From positions 16,311 to 80,310 of the forward strand of contig CAIQEU010000020.1 of assembly GCA_903870905.1 (NCBI GenBank): DNA of 64,000 nucleotides. The letters are read 5' to 3'. Source of the stretch: an uncultured Actinomycetes bacterium. Its GTDB lineage: Bacteria; Actinomycetota; Acidimicrobiia; Acidimicrobiales; RAAP-2. The notes under the pieces are model-generated. The model was not told the DNA's origin and did not search any database. It was given only the letters and a program-made list of their open reading frames with translations. Both the position numbers and the translations under genes were made by a program. Shown here piece after piece: positions 29,887 to 40,519 of this stretch (within the stretch, counting starts at the first letter, position 1; each line of letters begins with the position of its first letter).

Positions 29887-31211
29887 TGGCAACGCTGCTC
29901 GCACCTGAACGCACAGAAGATGACGCTCCAGTGCCGAGCGTGAACCCCCGACGTTCCCTGTTCGGTCTTGTCGCCATCGTGGCCCTCCTCGTCATTGGCG
30001 TGGTGAGTGGATTCGGGTGGACCGTCCTCGCCATCGTCTCGCTCCTCACCGTGGTTCTGCTGCACGAAGCGGGCCACTTCATCACCGCGAAGCTCACCGG
30101 AATGAAGGCGACGGAGTTCTTCGTCGGATTCGGTCCCCGGGTCTGGTCCTTCCATCGGGGTGAGACAGAGTACGGCCTCAAAGCGCTCCCGCTCGGTGGG
30201 TATGTGCGCATCATTGGATTCACGGCAACCGAAGAAGTCGATCCCGCTGATGAACCGCGGTCCTACATGAACCAAGCGTTCTGGAAGCGGATCGTCGTGT
30301 CGGCTGCTGGTAGCGCCGTGCACTTCACCTTGGCCATCGTGCTCGCCTTCGGCCTCGTCTGGTCGCTCGGCCAGACGACCGTTGACGGGCTCACCATTGG
30401 CAGCGTGGCGACGTTTGCTGGTGGTTCGCCGGCGTCTGCTGCCGGGTTGGCGGGCGGTGACACCATCACCACGATCAACGGCCAGGCAGTGCGATCGGTC
30501 GACGCAGCCATAGCGACGCTCCACCGATCGGTTGGTACACCGCTTGCGATCACCTATCGCACGAGCACCGGGGTTGTCCACCACGTCGTCGTCACGCCGG
30601 TCGATGGGACGACGGCGATGGTGAACGGTCATCCCTACCTCACGACCGCCCAAGCCGCCGCTTCCGGTGGCGCAGGCGTGATTGGTGTTGGTGGGGTCGT
30701 GGCGGCAACGGCGCATCACTCGGTGTCGCCGTGGTTCGCCATGAAGCGCTCGCTGTCAACGGTTTGGGAGTTGACGACTCGGACAACGAGTGGGCTCTTG
30801 CAGCGGTTCAGCCCCTCGGGTCTTTCCCAGCTCGCCCAGCTCGACCTCCACCCGTCGACGGCATCGACCCCGACGGCGCTCGCGAGTCGCCCCACGTCCA
30901 TTGTTGGCATGGTCCACATCGCGAGTGACGCTGTGGCGCAGGGGATCACGCCGTTCCTCGAGTTGCTGATCGTGATCAACGTCGCCATTGGCCTCCTCAA
31001 CTTGCTGCCGATGCTGCCGCTCGACGGCGGTCACATCGCCATTGCGGTCTACGAGCGCATTCGCACCCGCCGTGGTCAAGCGCACTACCGAGCAGACATC
31101 TCGAAGTTGCTGCCGGTGGTCTACGCGTTCTTGGTGCTCCTCGGCTTCCTCGTACTGTCGTCGGTCTACTTGGACATCACGCACCCCATCCCGAATCCCT
31201 TCACCCAATGA
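29886..31211 (+). CDS. rseP: Site-2 (M50) zinc metalloprotease, RseP/Rip1-like, with PDZ domain
   Basis: HEAGHF (HExxH) in TM1 and LNLLPMLPLDGGH. TAATG overlap with dxr. Confidence 0.9.
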   Translation: MATLLAPERTEDDAPVPSVNPRRSLFGLVAIVALLVIGVVSGFGWTVLAIVSLLTVVLLHEAGHFITAKLTGMKATEFFVGFGPRVWSFHRGETEYGLKALPLGGYVRIIGFTATEEVDPADEPRSYMNQAFWKRIVVSAAGSAVHFTLAIVLAFGLVWSLGQTTVDGLTIGSVATFAGGSPASAAGLAGGDTITTINGQAVRSVDAAIATLHRSVGTPLAITYRTSTGVVHHVVVTPVDGTTAMVNGHPYLTTAQAAASGGAGVIGVGGVVAATAHHSVSPWFAMKRSLSTVWELTTRTTSGLLQRFSPSGLSQLAQLDLHPSTASTPTALASRPTSIVGMVHIASDAVAQGITPFLELLIVINVAIGLLNLLPMLPLDGGHIAIAVYERIRTRRGQAHYRADISKLLPVVYAFLVLLGFLVLSSVYLDITHPIPNPFTQ

Positions 31212-31248
31212 GCGTCACGCCGGGGCGCTGAGCAGGCAAACTGAAGGC

Positions 31249-32481
31249 ATGGAGATCTCCTCAAACCTGCTCACCCCTCGCCGCACGACGCGGCAGATCT
31301 CGGTTGGTGGGGTGCTCGTCGGTGGGGGAGCGCCCATCACGGTCCAGTCAATGACGACGACCAAGACCGCTGACGTCGACGGAACGCTCCAGCAGATCTA
31401 CGCCCTCGCTGCTGCAGGTGCCGACATCGTTCGCTGCACCTGCAACAACGTCGATGCCGCCGAAGGGTTGGCGCAGATCGTGCCCCGTTCGCCAGTGCCG
31501 ATCGTGGCCGACATTCACTTCCACGTGGAGATGGCGCTCGCTGCGTTAGAGGCAGGCGTCGATGGCCTCCGCCTCAATCCGGGCAACCTCCGCAAAGCCT
31601 CAGAGATCAAACTGGTAGCGAGTGAGGCCAAGGACCGAGGTGTGCCCATTCGCATCGGCGTGAACGCCGGGTCGCTCCACCCTGACCTCTATGCACGCTT
31701 CGGTGGCGCAACCCCCGAGGCGCTCGTGGAGTCGGCACGAATGGAGCTCGCCTACTTCCAAGAGGTGGGGTTCGATGACGTCAAGATCTCGGTGAAGGCC
31801 TCATCGGTGGCACTGATGATCGCCGCGTACCGATTGGCGAGCGAGACCTTCGACTACCCGCTCCACCTCGGGGTCACCGAGGCCGGACCGCTGCCTGGGG
31901 GTCTCCTCAAGGCAACGGCGGGGATGGCAACGCTGTTGGCCGAAGGAATCGGTGACACCATTCGCTACAGCTTGACCGCTGACCCGGTCGAAGAGGCCCG
32001 GGCGGGTCGGATGCTGCTCGAGTCGATGGGGCTTCGCGAGCGCAAGGGTCTCGATCTCATCGCCTGCCCATCGTGCGGCCGTGCCGAGGTCGACGTGATC
32101 GCCGTCGCCAATGCTGCCCAAGCAGCCCTCGCTGATCGCAATCTCCCGATCCAGATCGCGGTGATGGGGTGCGTGGTGAATGGTCCAGGAGAGGCTCGCG
32201 ATGCCGACCTCGGCATCGCTGCGGGGAAGAAGCGCGGCCACCTGTTCATCAAGGGTCAGGTCGTGCGTGTCGTGCGAGAAGACGAGATGGTCGATGCCCT
32301 CGTCGAAGAAGCGGAACGTCTCGTCGCCGAAGGCGTTGAGGCTCGCCTCGCTGCTGCGGACCCAACGGCAACGGCTGCTGCAGAGGAGGACCGCTTGGCC
32401 TTGCTCGACGACCGAGGCGCCGACGCCAACCAGGCATCGGTCAAGATCGAACAGATCCGGCGCCTCAAGACCGACGGTTGA
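31249..32481 (+). CDS. ispG: 4-hydroxy-3-methylbut-2-enyl diphosphate synthase
   Basis: PITVQSMTTT, ACPSCGR and MGCVVNGPGE. ATG 31249 is preceded by GAAGG. The upstream part of ORF 30988-32481 overlaps rseP. Confidence 0.94.
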   Translation: MEISSNLLTPRRTTRQISVGGVLVGGGAPITVQSMTTTKTADVDGTLQQIYALAAAGADIVRCTCNNVDAAEGLAQIVPRSPVPIVADIHFHVEMALAALEAGVDGLRLNPGNLRKASEIKLVASEAKDRGVPIRIGVNAGSLHPDLYARFGGATPEALVESARMELAYFQEVGFDDVKISVKASSVALMIAAYRLASETFDYPLHLGVTEAGPLPGGLLKATAGMATLLAEGIGDTIRYSLTADPVEEARAGRMLLESMGLRERKGLDLIACPSCGRAEVDVIAVANAAQAALADRNLPIQIAVMGCVVNGPGEARDADLGIAAGKKRGHLFIKGQVVRVVREDEMVDALVEEAERLVAEGVEARLAAADPTATAAAEEDRLALLDDRGADANQASVKIEQIRRLKTDG

Positions 32482-32523
32482 ACGCCCAGTCGCCTGTGGG
32501 CGAGGAACTAGCGTGGTCCCACC

Positions 32524-34215
32524 ATGCGCATGTCCTCCCTGTTGCTCCGTACCCTCCGAGATGACCCTGCTGACACCGACTCAGCCGGGTACGCCCTCCT
32601 CGTTCGAGGTGGCTACGTCCGACGACTCGCCTCGGGCGTCTACACGTTCTTGCCGCTCGGTCTCCGGGTGCTCCACCGCATTGAGGCTGTCGTCCGACGA
32701 GAGCTCGATCGAGCGGGGATGCAAGAACTCCTCATGCCAGCCCTCAGTCCCATCGAGTTGTGGGAGCAATCAGGTCGAGCGGCACGGTTCGGCACTGATG
32801 CCCTCCCAGCCCTGACCGTTGACGGTCGAGGCGGCACCTACGTCCTCGGGCCAACGCACGAAGAAGTGGTGACCGTCACGGTCGGCCAAGAAGTGGAGTC
32901 CTACCGGCAACTCCCGGTGACGGTGTATCAAATCCAGTCCAAGTTCCGAGACGAAGCTCGCCCCCGCTACGGCCTCGTGCGGACCAAGGAGCTCGTCATG
33001 TGCGACGCGTACTCCTTCGATGCCAACCCTGAGGGCATGGCAGCGACCTACGAGAACGCGGTTGCGGCCTACCTTCGGATCTTCGAGGCGGTTGAGTTGG
33101 CCGTCACGCCGGTGGTCGCCCAATCCGGCGCCATCGGTGGCGACGTGAACCACGAGTTCATGGTGCCCTCTCCCATTGGTGAAGATCACTTCGCCAGTTG
33201 CGCAGCATGTGGCTACCACGCCAATACCGAGGCTGCAGAGCGTCGGGCGCCTGCGGCACGGACGGTCGGTGACGGCCCGGCAATGGAAGCCGTTGCCACC
33301 CCGGGCGTCGGTGCCATTGACGAAGTTGTGGCCTTCTTCGGCGACGTGAGCGCGCCAGAGACGGTGAAGGCCATGGCGGCCACGACGGGAACCGGCGACA
33401 TCGTTGTCGTATGCGTGCGTGGCGACCGTGAGGTCCGCCTGCCCCATGGGTGGGATTTGCTCGACGATGCCGCCCTCGCAGCGCACCCACACCTCCACAA
33501 GGGCGCCATCGGGCCAGCAGGGCTCGCTCCGCATGGAATTGCGGTGGTTGCTGATGCAGAACTGGTGGCACTCGGCGGTCCATTCGTGGCCGGAGGCAAC
33601 GCCCCAGAGACCCACGTCCGTGGACTGGTCTTCGGCAGAGACGTGACGCCGGATCAGGTGGGGTCCTTCGTGGTCGTCGAAGCCGGGGACGGCTGCCCGA
33701 ACTGCGGGAGCCCCCTCGAGCTCATCCGTTCGGTCGAGGCCGCCCACACCTTCCAGCTTGGGTTGCAGTACACCCAGAAGATGCCTGGTTCGACGTTCCT
33801 CGACGAGAATGGCGAGCAGGTGCCGATGTGGATGGGCTGCTACGGCATTGGGGTCTCGCGCCTCATGGGCGTCCTCGCTGAGGCGCACCACGACGACCAG
33901 GGGCTGACGTGGCCAGCGGCGATTGCGCCCTACGACCTCCACCTCGTCGCCCTCGGGGCGAACAAGAACCCTGCAGTGGCTGATGCCGCCGACGCGCTGT
34001 GTGCCCGGTTGGAGGATCAAGGGTTCAGTGTGCTCTACGACGACCGGGACGTGTCGCCTGGAGTCAAATTCGCCGATGCCGACCTCATCGGTGCACCAAT
34101 TCGCCTCGTCCTCGGGGCCAAGGGGCTCGACCGAGGAGTCGTGGAGTGGCGCCGCCGCCGCACTGGTGACGAGGGTGAATGCGCACTCGAAGGTCCATTC
34201 GACGCGTTGGCGTAG
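32524..34215 (+). CDS. proS: Prolyl-tRNA synthetase (bacterial type)
   Basis: Class II aaRS motifs (FRDEARPRYGLVRTKEL), an insertion/editing region and a C-terminal anticodon-binding domain. Confidence 0.94.
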   Translation: MRMSSLLLRTLRDDPADTDSAGYALLVRGGYVRRLASGVYTFLPLGLRVLHRIEAVVRRELDRAGMQELLMPALSPIELWEQSGRAARFGTDALPALTVDGRGGTYVLGPTHEEVVTVTVGQEVESYRQLPVTVYQIQSKFRDEARPRYGLVRTKELVMCDAYSFDANPEGMAATYENAVAAYLRIFEAVELAVTPVVAQSGAIGGDVNHEFMVPSPIGEDHFASCAACGYHANTEAAERRAPAARTVGDGPAMEAVATPGVGAIDEVVAFFGDVSAPETVKAMAATTGTGDIVVVCVRGDREVRLPHGWDLLDDAALAAHPHLHKGAIGPAGLAPHGIAVVADAELVALGGPFVAGGNAPETHVRGLVFGRDVTPDQVGSFVVVEAGDGCPNCGSPLELIRSVEAAHTFQLGLQYTQKMPGSTFLDENGEQVPMWMGCYGIGVSRLMGVLAEAHHDDQGLTWPAAIAPYDLHLVALGANKNPAVADAADALCARLEDQGFSVLYDDRDVSPGVKFADADLIGAPIRLVLGAKGLDRGVVEWRRRRTGDEGECALEGPFDALA

Positions 34216-34288
34216 GGGAGCGTCGTTCCCTTCGCGGGAGGGGTCTGGTATCCTGAAGGGGCAGTTGAGGAGTTGAAGGACCCGTTGG

Positions 34289-34319
34289 AACGTGGGCTCC
34301 CGCCCACGTTTCTTGTTTT
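34289..34319 (+). terminator. Intrinsic terminator after proS
   Basis: AACGTGGGC-TCCC-GCCCACGTT followed by TCTTGTTTT. Confidence 0.8.
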
Positions 34320-34349
34320 CTCGGGCACGAGTGAGAGAGGAGATTGACC

Positions 34350-34865
34350 ATGGATGTTGCACTTGCACCAGTCATTACCCCTCTGTGCGCGGACGCCGGT
34401 GTGGAACTCATCGACCTCGATCGCTCGGCGCAGATCGTTCGGGTGACCGTCGATCGCGATGGCGGCGTCGATCTCGACACCATTGGTCGCCTCACCCGGG
34501 CGATTTCGGACCGTTTCGACGAACTCGACCTCGGAAGCGGGCGCTACACCCTCGAAGTCTCAAGTCCTGGCGTGGAGCGTCGGTTGCGAACCGCAGCGCA
34601 CTTCGCCCGAGCCATCACCGAAACCGTCACCATCAAGATGCTCCCCGACCGTGGACCACTGCGCCGGATCGACGGGGTGATCACGGCAGTGGATGGCGAG
34701 ACCGTCACTGTGGCGACCGAATCTGGCCCCCTCGCCGTCGACCTCTCCGACATCGATCGGGCGCGAACGGTGTTCGAGTGGGGCGCAACCCCGCAACCAT
34801 CACCATCGAAGGGCAAGAAGCCCTCATCCTCGAAGCAGGCACAACAGAAGGCAGGCACGAAATGA
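34350..34865 (+). CDS. rimP: Ribosome maturation factor RimP
   Basis: Sits before nusA. Contains YTLEVSSPGVERRL. GAGAGAGGAG SD lies 7 nt upstream of ATG 34350. Confidence 0.88.
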   Translation: MDVALAPVITPLCADAGVELIDLDRSAQIVRVTVDRDGGVDLDTIGRLTRAISDRFDELDLGSGRYTLEVSSPGVERRLRTAAHFARAITETVTIKMLPDRGPLRRIDGVITAVDGETVTVATESGPLAVDLSDIDRARTVFEWGATPQPSPSKGKKPSSSKQAQQKAGTK

Positions 34866-36064
34866 GCAAGACCAACTACGAGTTCCTCGACGCACTGGGC
34901 CAGATCGCCCGCGACAAGGGCATCAGCGTGGACACGTTGCTCGACGCATTGGCCAATGGCCTCGTCGCGGCCTACAAGCGTCGACCCGACGCCGCTGAAG
35001 AGGCAGTGGTCACCATTGACCCCGACAACGGCGAGATTCGGGTCTACGGCCAAGAGCTCGACGCCGAGGGCAACGTCATTCGCGAGTGGGACGACACTCC
35101 CGACGACTTCGGTCGTGTCGCGGCGCAGACCATGAAGCAGGTGTTCAACCAGCGCATTCGCGAAGTCGAGCGGGACATGAAGTACGACGAGTACGCCGGA
35201 CGTGAAGGCGACATCGTGACGGGCATCGTCCAGCAGGCCGACAGCCGCTACACGCTGCTCGACCTCGGCAAGGTGGAGGCGCTCATGCCTCAAGCCGAGC
35301 AAGTGTCGTATGAGAAGTACGAGCAGGGCAGCCGAATGAAGGCCTACATCGTCGAGGTCCGCAAGACCTCCAAGGGCCCCCAGATTGTCGTGTCGCGGAC
35401 CCACCCGGGCCTCGTGAAGCGCCTGCTCGAACTCGAAGTTCCCGAACTCTCCTCGGGCGTCGTGGAGATCAAGGCGATGGCCCGCGAGCCCGGTCATCGG
35501 ACGAAGATCGCCGTGTGGAGCAACGACTCCAACATCGACCCCGTCGGTGCATGTGTCGGCGCCCGAGGCAGTCGCGTCCGCATGATTACCAACGAGCTGA
35601 ACGGCGAGCGTATCGACGTCGTTCCTTACTCTGACGACACGGTGACCCTCATTGAGAACGCCCTGCAGCCAGCCAAGATTCGTGAGGTTCGCCTCGACGA
35701 CGCCACCGGCACCGCAACGGTGATCGTCAACGACTTCCAACTCTCCTTGGCTATTGGCAAGGAAGGGCAGAACGCTCGCTTGGCCGCCCGACTGACTGGT
35801 TGGAGGATCGACATCAAGTCCGAGTCGCAGCTCCAAGAGGAAGAAGAGGGCTGGGCAGAAGGCGAATGGATCGAGAACGAGAACGGCGAGCAGGTGTGGG
35901 TTCCTGCCGAAGGTGGCGAGGCCATGTCTGCTTCGGACTGGGATGACGCGTCCATCGACGTTGCCGCCCCCGCTGCAGAGGTTCCCGTTGTCGAGGTTCC
36001 CGTTGTCGAGGATGCCAACGACGATGTGGCCGACGAGGCCCCGACGGAAGGCAGCGAACAGTAG
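34862..36064 (+). CDS. nusA: Transcription termination/antitermination factor NusA
   Basis: [23 protein letters not shown]1 and two KH domains, and an acidic tail. ATGA overlap with rimP. Confidence 0.95.
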   Translation: MSKTNYEFLDALGQIARDKGISVDTLLDALANGLVAAYKRRPDAAEEAVVTIDPDNGEIRVYGQELDAEGNVIREWDDTPDDFGRVAAQTMKQVFNQRIREVERDMKYDEYAGREGDIVTGIVQQADSRYTLLDLGKVEALMPQAEQVSYEKYEQGSRMKAYIVEVRKTSKGPQIVVSRTHPGLVKRLLELEVPELSSGVVEIKAMAREPGHRTKIAVWSNDSNIDPVGACVGARGSRVRMITNELNGERIDVVPYSDDTVTLIENALQPAKIREVRLDDATGTATVIVNDFQLSLAIGKEGQNARLAARLTGWRIDIKSESQLQEEEEGWAEGEWIENENGEQVWVPAEGGEAMSASDWDDASIDVAAPAAEVPVVEVPVVEDANDDVADEAPTEGSEQ

Positions 36065-36069
36065 CGCCG

Positions 36070-36342
36070 ACGAGAACCTGCATCGGCTGCCGGCAGCGGC
36101 ACCCAGCAGGTGATCTCGTTCGTGTGGTTGCCGTTGCCGGTGGATCCGTCCGTCGAGCGTCGTCATCTTCAGGGCGAGGTGCGTGGTTGTGCCCCGAGAT
36201 GGGGTGCGTAGACCGCGCCGTGACGAAACGGGCGCTCGGACGAGCGCTGAAGACAGAGTGCACCGTGTCCGTGGAGGAGTTGCTGGAAATTGTCACCGGA
36301 GGTGATGATGGGAACCAGCCCCTACGCAATGTGCGAAGATAG
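36070..36342 (+). CDS. ylxR: YlxR/DUF448-family protein; 5' boundary unresolved (no canonical start upstream of the conserved motif)
   Basis: The frame reads (VAP)[22 protein letters not shown]...GRGAWLC...KRALGRAL. The first ATG/GTG/TTG in this frame is GTG 36124, downstream of RTCIGCR. ACG 36070 and GTA 36061 are the only near-cognate codons nearby. Confidence 0.7.
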   Translation, partial: TRTCIGCRQRHPAGDLVRVVAVAGGSVRRASSSSGRGAWLCPEMGCVDRAVTKRALGRALKTECTVSVEELLEIVTGGDDGNQPLRNVRR

Positions 36343-36388
36343 AACGCCCGGTTGAGCATCAGCCGGGTCGAAGGAGACCGAGGAACCG

Positions 36389-39184
36389 TTGGCGAAGAAG
36401 ATCCGAGTCCACGAGCTCGCTAAAGAGCTCGGGATGACCAACAAAGAGGCACTCGACCTCTCAATCGCATTGGGAATTGGCGTGAAGAGCCACTCCTCAT
36501 CGATCGAGGATGCCCAGGCTGACCGAGTGCGACGCAAGGCCGATGCCGAAGGCCTGCGACGAGACGTCCAGCCGGAAGAGCCAGAACCAGCCCCCAAGAA
36601 GACCGCAGCCAAGAAGCAGGCTGACGCGCCCGTTGAGGCAGCGCCTGCGCCCGCACCTGCCCCAGAGGCATCCTCCGAGGCAGCAGCGCCTCGTCGGGTG
36701 ATCACCTCAACTCGCCAGCCAGCACCGGCTGCTCCGCGTCCGACGCCACGTCCGACGCCGCCCGCACCCGAGGCTCCGGTAGCCGAGGCTCCTGCGACAC
36801 CGGCGCCGCAAGCGCCGAGCGTCGTCCCCGCTCCGGCTCCCGCTGCGCCCGAGCGTCCCGCCACGCCCATACCCCCAGCAGCCCCCACCGCATCTGCTCC
36901 GAGCGCACCTCCTGCGCCGCCTGCAGGTGCGCCGGCCCCGCCCCGTCCGCTCAGCCAATCCGGCAAGCCCATTCCGCCACCGCCTGGACGTCCGGTCAGC
37001 CAATCCGGCAAGCCCATTCCGCCACCGCCCGGACGGCGCACGCCTGTGCCGCCAACTGGTGGACCTCGTGGTGGCATGCGACCGGGCGGCCCGCCGCGTA
37101 GTGGTGGCTTTAGTTCGCCTCGACCCGGCGGTGGCGCTCCAGGCGCTGGTTTCGGTGGACCGCGTCCCGGTGGCTTCGGCGGTGGATCTGGTCGTCCCGG
37201 CGGCGGACCCGGTGGCCCTGGTGGCCCTGGTGGTGGCCCTGGCGGCGGACCCGGTGGTCCCCCCGGTCGCGGTGGTGCGCCAGGTGCAGGTCGTGGCCGG
37301 CCTCCCCAGCGACGGGCGCGTCGCAAGCGTCGCAATATGGAGGAGCTCGGCCCGCAGGAGATGACGGCCTACAAGCCGTCAAACGAGCCTGTCCCCGAAG
37401 GAGAAATTATCGTCGAGCGGGGTTCCACCGCTCGTGACATCGGTCCGAAGTTCAACCGCTCAGCAGGTGACGTGGTCCGCTTCTTGTTCCTGCAAGGAGC
37501 AACGGTGACCGCGACGCAGTCCCTGACCGACGACATGATCGAACTCTTCGCCGCCGAACTCGGAGCAGAGGTCCGACTCGTGGACCCGGGTGAAGAGCGC
37601 GAAGCGGAGTTGCTCGCCAAGTACTTCGACGACATTGACGACGCCGAGAACGATGAGGACTTGGAACCTCGTCCTCCCGTCGTGACGGTCATGGGTCACG
37701 TCGACCATGGAAAGACCTTGTTGCTCGACCGTATTCGTTCGAGCGACGTGGTGTCGGGTGAAGCCGGTGGCATCACCCAGCACATCGGTGCCTATCAGGT
37801 CATCACTCAGTCTGGACACCCCATCACCTTCATCGACACACCTGGTCACGAGGCCTTCACCGCGATGCGTGCTCGAGGCGCTGAAGTCACCGACATTGTG
37901 ATCTTGGTCGTGGCTGCTGACGACGGTGTGATGCCGCAGACGGTTGAAGCGATCAACCACGCAAAGTCAGCCGAAGTGCCGATCATCGTCGCGGTCAACA
38001 AGATGGACCGCCCCGATGCCAACCCTGATCGAGTGCTCCAACAGCTCGCCGAGCGGGGATTGGTGCCCGAGGCGTGGGGTGGTGACACCATCGTGTGTCA
38101 AATCTCTGCGCTGCGCAGCGAAGGTATCGACGATCTGCTCGAGCAGTTGGCCCTCGTGGCCGAGCTCGAGGAACTCGGCGCAAACCCCAAGGGCATTGCT
38201 CGTGGCTTCGTGCTCGAAGCGAACCTCGAGGCTGGTCGTGGACCAGTGGCGACGGTCATCGTCGAGAACGGCACCATCAAGGTGGGTGACCCTGTGGTCG
38301 CTGGAGCGGCGTGGGGGAAGGTGAAGGCCCTCCTCGACGACCGTGGCAAGAACGTCAAGTTCGCGGGACCGTCGATGCCGGTGCAGATCCTCGGATTCTC
38401 CGAGCCTCCCCAGGCCGGAGACGAAGTCCGTGTCGCAGCGGACCTCAACCGTGCTCGCACCCTCGGCGAAGCCCGAGCGCAACGATTCCGCCTCACGGGA
38501 CATCACCCCGTCGCCGCAGCGGCATCGGGAGCCAAGCTGGAAGACCTCTTCGAGCAGATCAAGCGTGGCGAGACCGCCAGTCTCAACATCGTGCTGAAGG
38601 CCGACGTTCAAGGTTCCCTCGAGGCGTGTACTGAATCGCTGAAGCGTCTCGAGCGTGATGAGGTCAAGCTCAACTTCATCCACCGCGGTGTGGGTGGGGT
38701 AACCGAGAACGACGTGCAACTCGCGGCTGCATCGAACGCCACCATCATTGGTTTCAACGTTCGCCCCGACAAGCGATCCCGTGAACTCGCCGAGAAGAGC
38801 GATGTGGATATTCGTACCTACGAAATCATCTACAAGCTCATCGAGGAGATCGAGGCCGCCATGGTGGGCATGCTCGCTCCCGAGTACGAAGAGGTCATCA
38901 CCGGTGAAGCGGAAGTTCGTGAGGTCTTCCGTGTGCCGAAGATCGGCGCCATTGCTGGTTGCTACGTCAGAGACGGCGCCATCACCCGAGGATCCAAGGT
39001 CCGCTTCCTGCGCGAAGGCACCATCATCTGGAAGGGATCCATCACGTCGCTCCGCCGATTCAAGGACGACGCTCGTGAAGTCGCCGCTGGGTTCGAGTGC
39101 GGTATTGGTCTCTCGGACTACCAGGACCTGAAGGAAGGCGACATCATCGAGACCTTCGAGGAGCGCGAGATTCCGCGGGTCTAG
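36389..39184 (+). CDS. infB: Translation initiation factor IF-2
   Basis: [15 protein letters not shown], a long Pro/Ala/Gly-rich linker, and a GTPase domain ([22 protein letters not shown]). Confidence 0.96.
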   Translation: MAKKIRVHELAKELGMTNKEALDLSIALGIGVKSHSSSIEDAQADRVRRKADAEGLRRDVQPEEPEPAPKKTAAKKQADAPVEAAPAPAPAPEASSEAAAPRRVITSTRQPAPAAPRPTPRPTPPAPEAPVAEAPATPAPQAPSVVPAPAPAAPERPATPIPPAAPTASAPSAPPAPPAGAPAPPRPLSQSGKPIPPPPGRPVSQSGKPIPPPPGRRTPVPPTGGPRGGMRPGGPPRSGGFSSPRPGGGAPGAGFGGPRPGGFGGGSGRPGGGPGGPGGPGGGPGGGPGGPPGRGGAPGAGRGRPPQRRARRKRRNMEELGPQEMTAYKPSNEPVPEGEIIVERGSTARDIGPKFNRSAGDVVRFLFLQGATVTATQSLTDDMIELFAAELGAEVRLVDPGEEREAELLAKYFDDIDDAENDEDLEPRPPVVTVMGHVDHGKTLLLDRIRSSDVVSGEAGGITQHIGAYQVITQSGHPITFIDTPGHEAFTAMRARGAEVTDIVILVVAADDGVMPQTVEAINHAKSAEVPIIVAVNKMDRPDANPDRVLQQLAERGLVPEAWGGDTIVCQISALRSEGIDDLLEQLALVAELEELGANPKGIARGFVLEANLEAGRGPVATVIVENGTIKVGDPVVAGAAWGKVKALLDDRGKNVKFAGPSMPVQILGFSEPPQAGDEVRVAADLNRARTLGEARAQRFRLTGHHPVAAAASGAKLEDLFEQIKRGETASLNIVLKADVQGSLEACTESLKRLERDEVKLNFIHRGVGGVTENDVQLAAASNATIIGFNVRPDKRSRELAEKSDVDIRTYEIIYKLIEEIEAAMVGMLAPEYEEVITGEAEVREVFRVPKIGAIAGCYVRDGAITRGSKVRFLREGTIIWKGSITSLRRFKDDAREVAAGFECGIGLSDYQDLKEGDIIETFEEREIPRV
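36951..37029 (+). repeat. 45-bp-period tandem duplication in the infB linker
   Basis: A 34-bp perfect direct repeat TCAGCCAATCCGGCAAGCCCATTCCGCCACCGCC at 36951-36984 and 36996-37029, encoding [13 protein letters not shown] twice. Confidence 0.95.
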
Positions 39185-39186
39185 GG

Positions 39187-39564
39187 ATGCCTCGTCAGGG
39201 ACATCGCGGCAAACCCGCCGCTGGATACTCCCGGATGTTGCGGGTGAACCAAGTCATGCGTCAGGTGTTGGCGGAGGCGATTGAGCGCCTCCGCGACGCC
39301 GACGACCGACTCGCGATGGTGACCATCACTGAGGTCGACGTGGCCGGGGATCTCTCCATGGCTACCGTGTACTGCTCGTCGCTCAGCGCTGATCAGTCTG
39401 CAGCGCTCGATGAGCGCCGGGTGCAGCTGCAGCGAGCAGTAGCTGCGGAGGTCACCTTGAAGCGGACCCCAAAGCTGCAGTTCCTCGTGGATCCGTCCAT
39501 TGAGAGCGGTGCTCGAATCGAAGAACTTCTCCGCCGGGCCCGGTCAGAGGAGTCCGACGAGTGA
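39187..39564 (+). CDS. rbfA: Ribosome-binding factor A
   Basis: RVNQVMRQVLAEAIERL...TITEVDVAGDLSMATVY. ATG lies 3 nt after the infB stop. Confidence 0.9.
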   Translation: MPRQGHRGKPAAGYSRMLRVNQVMRQVLAEAIERLRDADDRLAMVTITEVDVAGDLSMATVYCSSLSADQSAALDERRVQLQRAVAAEVTLKRTPKLQFLVDPSIESGARIEELLRRARSEESDE

Positions 39565-40484
39565 GCCCGTCGAGTCCAGCGCCCATCGATGGCCTCGTGG
39601 TCGTCGACAAGGAGGCTGGCTGGACCAGCCACGACGTGGTCGCCCGCTGTCGTCGGATCTACGGTCAGCGTCGGATTGGCCATGCAGGCACGCTGGATCC
39701 CGACGCGACGGGAATCCTCCTCGTTGGCCTCGGCCGTGCCACGCGACTCCTGCGGTACTTGACCGAGCGCGAGAAGACCTACACCTGTGAAGTGGTCTTC
39801 GGGGCGACGACCTCAACGCTCGATGCCGGCGGAGAGGTGACAGCCACGTTCGACATGGCCGTTGATCCCGAAGCACTCGAAATCGCTGCAGCGGGACTCC
39901 GTGGCCCCATCCTCCAGGTGCCACCCATGGTGTCGTCCATCAAGATCGGGGGCCAGCGACTCCACGAACTCGCCCGACAGGGTATTGAGATCGATCGCCC
40001 GGCCCGGCCCGTCACGGTCCACGACCTCCAGATGGCCCCGACGAGTGAGCCGCTCATCTGGCAAATGACGACCACGGTGTCATCGGGAACCTACGTCCGT
40101 GTGCTCGCTGCCGATCTCGGCCTAGCGCTCGGTGGGGGAGCGCACCTCCGTCAACTCCGTCGTGAGCGCTCCGGTTCGTTCACGACGAAGTCGGCACGAA
40201 CGCTCGACCAACTCGCCGCAGACGCCGAAACCGCCCGTTCACTCGGTGCGATTCCCCACTCGGTCCTGACGCCTGCCCAAGCCATGGCCGATTTGGACCA
40301 AGTGGCCGTTGGCCCTGATGTCGCACTCCTCGTGAGTCGTGGACTGCCCCTCGACAAGGTGTCGATTGGCGCTTCTGGGAAGGGCCCGTTCGCTGTCGTC
40401 GATGGTGGCGGCAACTTGTTGGCGGTCTACATCGCCACCGAGACCGACCGCATTGTCCCTCAAGTCGTCCTCGCCGCCTCCTGA
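39561..40484 (+). CDS. truB: tRNA pseudouridine(55) synthase
   Basis: VVVDKEAGWTSHDVV...GHAGTLDP. GTGA overlap with rbfA. Confidence 0.93.
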   Translation: MSPSSPAPIDGLVVVDKEAGWTSHDVVARCRRIYGQRRIGHAGTLDPDATGILLVGLGRATRLLRYLTEREKTYTCEVVFGATTSTLDAGGEVTATFDMAVDPEALEIAAAGLRGPILQVPPMVSSIKIGGQRLHELARQGIEIDRPARPVTVHDLQMAPTSEPLIWQMTTTVSSGTYVRVLAADLGLALGGGAHLRQLRRERSGSFTTKSARTLDQLAADAETARSLGAIPHSVLTPAQAMADLDQVAVGPDVALLVSRGLPLDKVSIGASGKGPFAVVDGGGNLLAVYIATETDRIVPQVVLAAS

Positions 40485-40519
40485 CGGCGGGCGCGAGAGC
40501 ACCGTCTAACCTGAGCGGC

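Noticed and set aside
36062-36124. A programmed -1 frameshift or stop read-through fusing NusA to YlxR.
   Set aside because: There is no slippery heptamer (X XXY YYZ) near the nusA stop, and read-through of the TAG stays in the wrong frame. Non-canonical initiation or a base-call error is the simpler explanation.
36322-37335. A 337-aa Pro/Gly-rich ORF antisense to the infB linker.
   Set aside because: It is the mirror image of the Pro/Ala/Gly-rich IF-2 linker codons. It has no independent start context or recognisable domain.
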